IMG/VR virus record: IMGVR_UViG_2734482585_000011
Direction: 5' to 3' (one strand)
Length of the DNA: 4,370 bases
Source: a virus
Taxonomy: Duplodnaviria > Heunggongvirae > Uroviricota > Caudoviricetes
The first letter of the stretch is position 1. The number at the start of each line of letters is the position of its first letter. The notes below the pieces were generated by a model. That model saw only the letters and a list, made by a program, of their open reading frames with translations. It made no database searches and was not told where the DNA came from. The translations under genes were made by a program, and so were the position numbers. Below are positions 1-4,370 of the stretch, one piece after another.

Positions 1-1056
1 GATTCCCGACCCGGTACGCTGAATGATTTTCTCGGTGCCATGACGGAGGATGATGCCCGTCCGGAGGCACTGCGCCGTTTTGAGCTGATGGTGGAAGAGG
101 TGGCGCGTAACGCGTCCGCGGTGGCACAGAACACGGCAGCCGCGAAGAAATCAGCCAGCGATGCCAGCACATCAGCCCGTGAGGCGGCAACCCATGCGAC
201 TGATGCTGCAGATTCAGCACGTGCAGCCAGCACGTCAGCCGGACAGGCCGCTTCGTCGGCTCAGTCAGCGTCTTCCAGCGCAGGAACGGCATCAACAAAG
301 GCCACTGAAGCCTCAAAAAGTGCTGCCGCTGCAGAGTCCTCAAAAAGCGCGGCGGCTACCAGTGCCGGTGCGGCGAAAACGTTAGAAACGAATGCGGCAG
401 CGTCACAACAATCAGCAGCCACTTCTGCATCCACCGCGACCACGAAAGCGTCAGAAGCTGCCACCTCAGCCCGGGATGCGTCGGCTTCAAAAGAGGCGGC
501 AAAATCATCAGAAACGAACGCATCATCAAGCGCCAGTAGCGCAGCTTCCTCGGCGACGGCGGCTGCAAATTCTGCGAAGGCGGCCAAAACGTCCGAGACG
601 AACGCCAGGTCTTCTGAAACGGCAGCGGGACAGAGTGCCTCAGCTGCGGCAGGCTCAAAAACAGCGGCTGCGTCGTCTGCCAGCGCCGCGTCAACAAGTG
701 CCGGGCAGGCCTCAGCCAGTGCCACCGCCGCCGGAAAATCGGCAGAAAGCGCCGCATCATCCGCTTCAACAGCCACAACGAAGGCTGGCGAAGCCACTGA
801 GCAGGCCACGGCAGCAGCGAGGTCAGCTTCCGCAGCGAAGACATCCGAAACGAACGCGAAAGCGTCGGAAACCCGTGCAGAATCCTCAAAAACGGCTGCC
901 GCATCGTCCGCCAGTTCGGCGGCGTCATCGGCATCATCGGCGTCTGCTTCAAAAGATGAGGCGACCAGACAGGCGTCAGCAGCGAAGGGCAGCGCCACGA
1001 CGGCATCCACGAAGGCGACAGAGGCTGCTGGTAGTGCGACGGCAGCAGCTCAGAGC
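1..1056 (+). CDS. stf: Side tail fibre protein Stf, Ala/Ser-rich shaft segment (5' partial at window edge, 3' end abuts N gap)
   Basis: Frame 1 is open from nt 1 (DSRPGTLNDFLGAMTEDDARPEALRRFELMVEEVARNAS...) with no stop before the gap. The translation matches my recollection of the lambda Stf region ...PGTLNDFL.AMTEDDARPE.LRR.ELMVEEVARNAS..., followed by a long Ala/Ser/Thr-rich low-complexity shaft. The first Met at 40 is internal, so the true start lies upstream of the window. Confidence 0.86.
223..1056 (+). repeat. In-frame periodic repeats (42-nt / 14-codon register) within the stf shaft-coding region
   Basis: Recurring peptide units sit at integer multiples of 42 nt. AAK(T/S)(L/S)ETNA starts at 370, 496, 580 and 832 (spacings 126, 84, 252). 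AASTSAGQA starts at 223 and 685 (spacing 462 = 11x42). STATTKA(S/G)EA starts at 430 and 766 (spacing 336 = 8x42). Hand-counted GC over 241-300 is about 62%. Confidence 0.6.
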
Positions 1057-1408
1057 NNNNNNNNNNNNNNNNNNNNNNNNNNNNNNNNNNNNNNNNNNNN
1101 NNNNNNNNNNNNNNNNNNNNNNNNNNNNNNNNNNNNNNNNNNNNNNNNNNNNNNNNNNNNNNNNNNNNNNNNNNNNNNNNNNNNNNNNNNNNNNNNNNNN
1201 NNNNNNNNNNNNNNNNNNNNNNNNNNNNNNNNNNNNNNNNNNNNNNNNNNNNNNNNNNNNNNNNNNNNNNNNNNNNNNNNNNNNNNNNNNNNNNNNNNNN
1301 NNNNNNNNNNNNNNNNNNNNNNNNNNNNNNNNNNNNNNNNNNNNNNNNNNNNNNNNNNNNNNNNNNNNNNNNNNNNNNNNNNNNNNNNNNNNNNNNNNNN
1401 NNNNNNNN
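1057..1408. other. Run of 352 N (assembly gap or masked sequence) inside stf
   Basis: Directly visible. It follows the repetitive shaft-coding region. The stf frame is 1 before the gap and 3 after it. Confidence 0.99.
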
Positions 1409-2957
1409 AATCCAGCTAAGCAGCGCGACCAACAGCACGTCTGAAACGCTGGCGGCAACGCCAAAGGCAGTAAAAGCAGCCAATGACAATGCTGAGAAAC
1501 GTCTGCAGAAAGATCAGAACGGTGCGGATATCCCTGGCAAAGACACCTTTACGAAAAATATTGGTGCCTGCCGTGCCTTCGGTGGGTCAGTAAGCACAAC
1601 AACAGGAAACTGGACGACTGCACAGTTTATCGAGTGGCTGGATTCTCAGGGAGCATTTAACCATCCATACTGGATGTGCAAGGGTTCCTGGTCTTATGGC
1701 AATAATAAAATCATTACTGATACTGGCTGCGGTAATATTCATCTCGCCGGAGCTGTCATTGAAGTAATGGGGATAAAGTCAGCGATGACGATCCGCATTA
1801 CCACTCCGACCACATCCAGCGGTGGCGGAACAACCAACGCCCAGTTTACCTATATTAATCACGGAACAGATTATTCACCTGGCTGGCGAAGGGACTATAA
1901 CTCCAGAAATAAGCCAACGGCATCAGAGATCGGGGCGCTACCGTCAGGTGGAACAGCAGTATCATCAGTTAATCTGGCTTCAAAAGGTCGGGTAGCCGCG
2001 CTGACAGACAATACGCAGGGGGCAGCAGGTCTTGAGTTATACGAGGTGTATAACAACGGATATCCAACAGCGTATGGAAATATCATTCACCTGAAAGGGA
2101 TGACAGCCGTTGGCGAAGGTGAGTTACTCATCGGCTGGAGTGGTACAAGCGGTGCTCATGCTCCGGCATTTATTCGTTCACGACGGGATACGACCGACGC
2201 AAACTGGTCGCCGTGGGCGCAGCTTTACACCTCGGCTCATCCTCCTGCAGAGTTTTATCCAGTCGGTGCACCAATCCCGTGGCCATCAGATACCGTTCCG
2301 TCTGGTTATGCCCTGATGCAGGGGCAGACTTTTGACAAATCTGCTTACCCGAAACTTGCAGCCGCTTATCCGTCAGGCGTGATCCCTGATATGCGTGGCT
2401 GGACGATTAAGGGCAAGCCCGCCAGTGGTCGTGCCGTATTGTCTCAGGAACAGGATGGCATTAAATCGCACACCCACAGCGCCAGCGCATCCAGTACGGA
2501 TTTGGGGACGAAAACCACATCGTCGTTTGATTACGGCACTAAATCCACGAATAACACCGGGGCGCATACGCACAGTCTGAGCGGCTCTACAAGTTCAGCT
2601 GGGGCCCACCAACATAGTCAGACTGGGCCCAGAACGAATAGCGGGAGTCAACCTACTGGAATGTTTCCGGCAGGGAGTACTCAAGTTAGCGGGACTAATC
2701 AGGTTGGTATCAGTGGCTCATTAACCAGTGGCACCTCCCAATGGGTAGGTAAATCATCTTCAGAAGGAAACCATACACACTCACTGTCCGGCACAGCAGC
2801 ATCTGCGGGTGCACACGCGCATACTGTCGGTATTGGTGCTCATACGCACTCTGTTGCGATTGGTTCACATGGACACACCATCACCGTTAACGCTGCTGGT
2901 AACGCGGAAAACACCGTCAAAAACATCGCATTTAACTATATTGTGAGGCTCGCATAA
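1409..2957 (+). CDS. stf: Side tail fibre protein Stf, C-terminal distal/receptor-binding part (5' end abuts N gap)
   Basis: Frame 3 is open from the gap edge (first full codon 1410) to TAA at 2955-2957. The translation begins [22 protein letters not shown]..., the conserved tail-fibre junction motif as I recall it from lambda Stf. The C-terminus carries seven HxH motifs between 2469 and 2876 (SHTHS, AHTHS, AHQHS, NHTHS, AHAHT, AHTHS, SHGHT). The track ORF 1674..2957 is only the part of this frame after an internal Met. Confidence 0.88.
2944..2948 (+). promoter_or_regulatory. Shine-Dalgarno (TGAGG) for tfa
   Basis: GAGG at 2945-2948, 8 nt upstream of the tfa ATG at 2957; it lies inside the 3' end of stf. 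Confidence 0.4.
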
Positions 2958-3538
2958 TGGCATTCAGAATGAGTGAACAAGCACGGACCATAAAAATTTA
3001 TAACCTGCTGGCCGGAACTAATGAATTTATTGGTGAAGGTGACGCATATATTCCGCCTCATACAGGTCTGCCTGCAAACAGTACCGATATTGCACCGCCA
3101 GATATTCCGGCTGGTTTCGTGGCTGTTTTCAACAGTGATGAGTCATCGTGGCATCTCGTTGAAGATCATCGGGGTAAAACGGTTTATGACGTGGCTTCCG
3201 GCGACGCGTTATTTATTTCTGAACTCGGCTCATTACCGGAAAATGTCACCTGGTTATCCCCGGAAGGGGAGTTTCAGAAGTGGAACGGCACAGCCTGGGT
3301 GAAGGATACGGAAGCAGAAAAACTGTTCCGGATCCGGGAGGCGGAAGAAACAAAAAACAGCCTGATGCAGGTAGCCAGTGAGCATATAGCGCCGCTTCAG
3401 GATGCTGTGGATCTGGAGATCGCAACGGAGAAAGAAACCTTGTTGCTGGAAGCTTGGAAAAAGTATCGGGTGTTGCTGAACCGTGTTGATACATCAACTG
3501 CACCGGATATTGAATGGCCAGTAGCACCTATAGGGTAA
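2957..3538 (+). CDS. tfa: Tail fibre assembly protein (chaperone) Tfa
   Basis: 193-codon ORF, ATG 2957 to TAA 3536-3538. The translation [79 protein letters not shown]... is near-identical, from memory, to lambda Tfa. The ATG overlaps the stf stop by 1 nt (TAATG), the usual stf-tfa arrangement. Confidence 0.93.
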   Translation: MAFRMSEQARTIKIYNLLAGTNEFIGEGDAYIPPHTGLPANSTDIAPPDIPAGFVAVFNSDESSWHLVEDHRGKTVYDVASGDALFISELGSLPENVTWLSPEGEFQKWNGTAWVKDTEAEKLFRIREAEETKNSLMQVASEHIAPLQDAVDLEIATEKETLLLEAWKKYRVLLNRVDTSTAPDIEWPVAPIG

Positions 3539-3624
3539 ATTCGTAATGATTACCTAAATACGTTATTCTTTTGTTAAAAAAGTGATTTTGCTATAGGTAG
3601 GGAGTATGTTCTTGGATTAAGAAT

Positions 3625-3655
3625 AAAAAATCGCCATGAAAGAGCTTCATGGCGA
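3625..3655 (-). terminator. Intrinsic (rho-independent) terminator for leftward transcription
   Basis: Perfect 10-bp inverted repeat tcgccatgaa (3631-3640) / ttcatggcga (3646-3655) with a 5-nt loop (agagc). It is flanked on the left by A6 (3625-3630), which is a U6 tract immediately 3' of the hairpin on the minus strand. There is no U tract on the plus-strand side. Confidence 0.5.
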
Positions 3656-4287
3656 GTACATAAACGTACAAAATGTGATGAAAGTAGAGTGGCGTAAGCC
3701 ACTATATTAAGATATGACAATAGCGAAGAAAAGTAAATAACATTTTATGGACGTTTAATTGTTAATTATAAAAACTAGAGTGCCCGATATTGTTTATCTT
3801 GCTTTAAAATAATGTACTCAAACCAAATTTTTGAGCTAAAAGCTCAAATAATATAAATGCAATAATAATGTTTAATAAGACAATTAGCTTGCTTTGTATT
3901 TTCATTTCGGAATACTGTTAAGTAACTTTGATGACCCTAACAATAGATCGGAATTTTCTTAGAGTCAATGGTCACTGTTTTTGCTTGCAAAGCAAATGTT
4001 TTGGTGGTTATAAGTCGTCTTAATATAGTCACGCATGCAACTTGTTCCATGCGGAGATTAAAGATTGGAATATAACGCGAAGATGGAATTAAATTACATT
4101 TGCAATAATTAATTTATTATTACTCAATAATTACCGATATTATTATTGTAAATTAATCATTAGAATGCAAAAAGAAATGTAACGGCAAAATAAGAGGACG
4201 ATAGCTGAGAAAAAAGCGTGCTTTCCCAATCTGGGGCAAATCACGTCTGAATGACACCTGAAAACAGGTGGTAGCCTCAAGAAGGCT

Positions 4288-4310
4288 GGTGATGCTGCCA
4301 ACTTACTGAT
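4288..4310 (+). repeat. IS1 left terminal inverted repeat (IRL, about 23 bp)
   Basis: GGTGATGCTGCCAACTTACTGAT is the canonical IS1 terminal repeat. Flanking host sequence ends at 4287 (...aagaaggct). Confidence 0.85.
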
Positions 4311-4342
4311 TTAGTGTATGATGGTGTTTTTGAGGTGCTCCA

Positions 4343-4370
4343 GTGGCTTCTGTTTCTATCAGCTGTCCCT
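4343..4370 (+). CDS. insA: IS1 InsA (transposition regulator), N-terminus, 3' partial
   Basis: GTG GCT TCT GTT TCT ATC AGC TGT CCC translates to (M)ASVSISCP, the InsA N-terminus as I recall it. The GTG start at 4343 is assumed from that recollection. Confidence 0.6.

Larger units (their letters stand above)
4288..4370 (+). mobile_element. IS1 insertion sequence, left end (partial, continues beyond window)
   Basis: GGTGATGCTGCCAACTTACTGATTTAGTGTATGATGGTGTTTTTGAGGTGCTCCAGTGGCTTCTGTTTCTATCAGCTGTCCCT matches the left end of IS1 as I recall it, base for base. Orientation is insA-insB on the plus strand. Confidence 0.93.

Noticed and set aside
161-1489. Track ORFs 161..385(+), 261..1010(-), 356..1489(-), 392..1444(+) and 976..1464(-) overlapping the stf shaft region
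   Set aside because: They lie in alternative frames or the antisense strand of a GC-rich, Ala/Ser-codon repetitive sequence, which suppresses stop codons. Several run through the N gap as strings of X. Their translations are Arg/Pro/Gln- or Ala/Asp-rich low complexity with no recognisable fold. Frame 1 (stf) is the only one with a recognisable protein.
1895-2580. Short ORFs 1895..2086(-), 2110..2316(+), 2373..2573(-) and 2395..2580(+)
   Set aside because: They are fully embedded in the stf C-terminal coding region in other frames, with no start context and no recognisable protein features.
1674-2957. Track ORF starting at Met 1674 as an independent gene
   Set aside because: The same frame is open and clearly coding upstream, back to the gap edge at 1410 ([22 protein letters not shown]...). 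Met 1674 is internal to stf.
3021-3527. ORFs 3021..3302(+) and 3246..3527(-) inside tfa
   Set aside because: They are embedded in the well-supported tfa reading frame and are out-of-frame or antisense artefacts.
3604-3630. Possible Pin/Gin/Hin-type inversion crossover site (ttcttggattaagaa) implying an invertible tail-fibre segment
   Set aside because: It resembles only the first few bases of hix/gix-type sites, with no convincing 26-bp dyad. There is no inverted alternative stf'/tfa' pair and no recombinase gene in the window.
3636-3710. 24-codon plus-strand ORF (MKELHGEYINVQNVMKVEWRKPLY)
   Set aside because: Its start codon lies inside the terminator hairpin, it has no Shine-Dalgarno, and its composition is unremarkable; most likely chance.
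3937-4075. Other short ORFs in the AT-rich spacer: minus 3937..4050 (37 codons), plus 3931..4023 (30 codons), plus 3968..4075 (35 codons)
   Set aside because: No ribosome-binding sites and no distinctive composition or motifs. At this AT content ORFs of 30-40 codons are expected by chance.
4153-4287. 44-codon open frame on the minus strand abutting the IS1 junction, as a definite disrupted gene
   Set aside because: The open run is too short to stand alone as evidence and the sequence is not recognisable. It is kept only as a hypothesis under the IS1 finding.
1-4370. CRISPR arrays, tRNA, rRNA or integrase/att sites
   Set aside because: No regularly spaced direct repeats with unique spacers, no cloverleaf-like GC-rich 75-90 nt segment, and no integrase-like ORF. 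The only periodic repeats are the in-frame 42-nt coding repeats of stf.

Overview
This window is the distal end of the tail-fibre module of a lambda-like (lambdoid) prophage, most likely in an E. coli/Shigella-type genome. It contains: (i) the 3' two-thirds of the side tail fibre gene stf, cut at the window's left edge and interrupted by a 352-nt N run (1057-1408), with reading frame 1 before the gap and frame 3 after it; (ii) the tail fibre assembly gene tfa (2957-3538), whose ATG overlaps the stf stop (TAATG); (iii) about 750 bp of very AT-rich sequence (3539-4287) with no ORF of 60 codons or more, carrying a leftward intrinsic terminator and weak small-ORF and promoter-like signals; (iv) the left end of an IS1 element (4288 to the window edge). 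No CRISPR array, tRNA or rRNA is visible. I do not see a convincing large novel system. The most distinctive observations are a strict 42-nt (14-codon) periodicity in the Ala/Ser-rich stf shaft, seven HxH motifs in the Stf C-terminus, and a speculative 33-codon hydrophobic ORF in the AT-rich spacer. Protein identifications are from reading the translations and recalled similarity to lambda Stf/Tfa and IS1; no database search was run.
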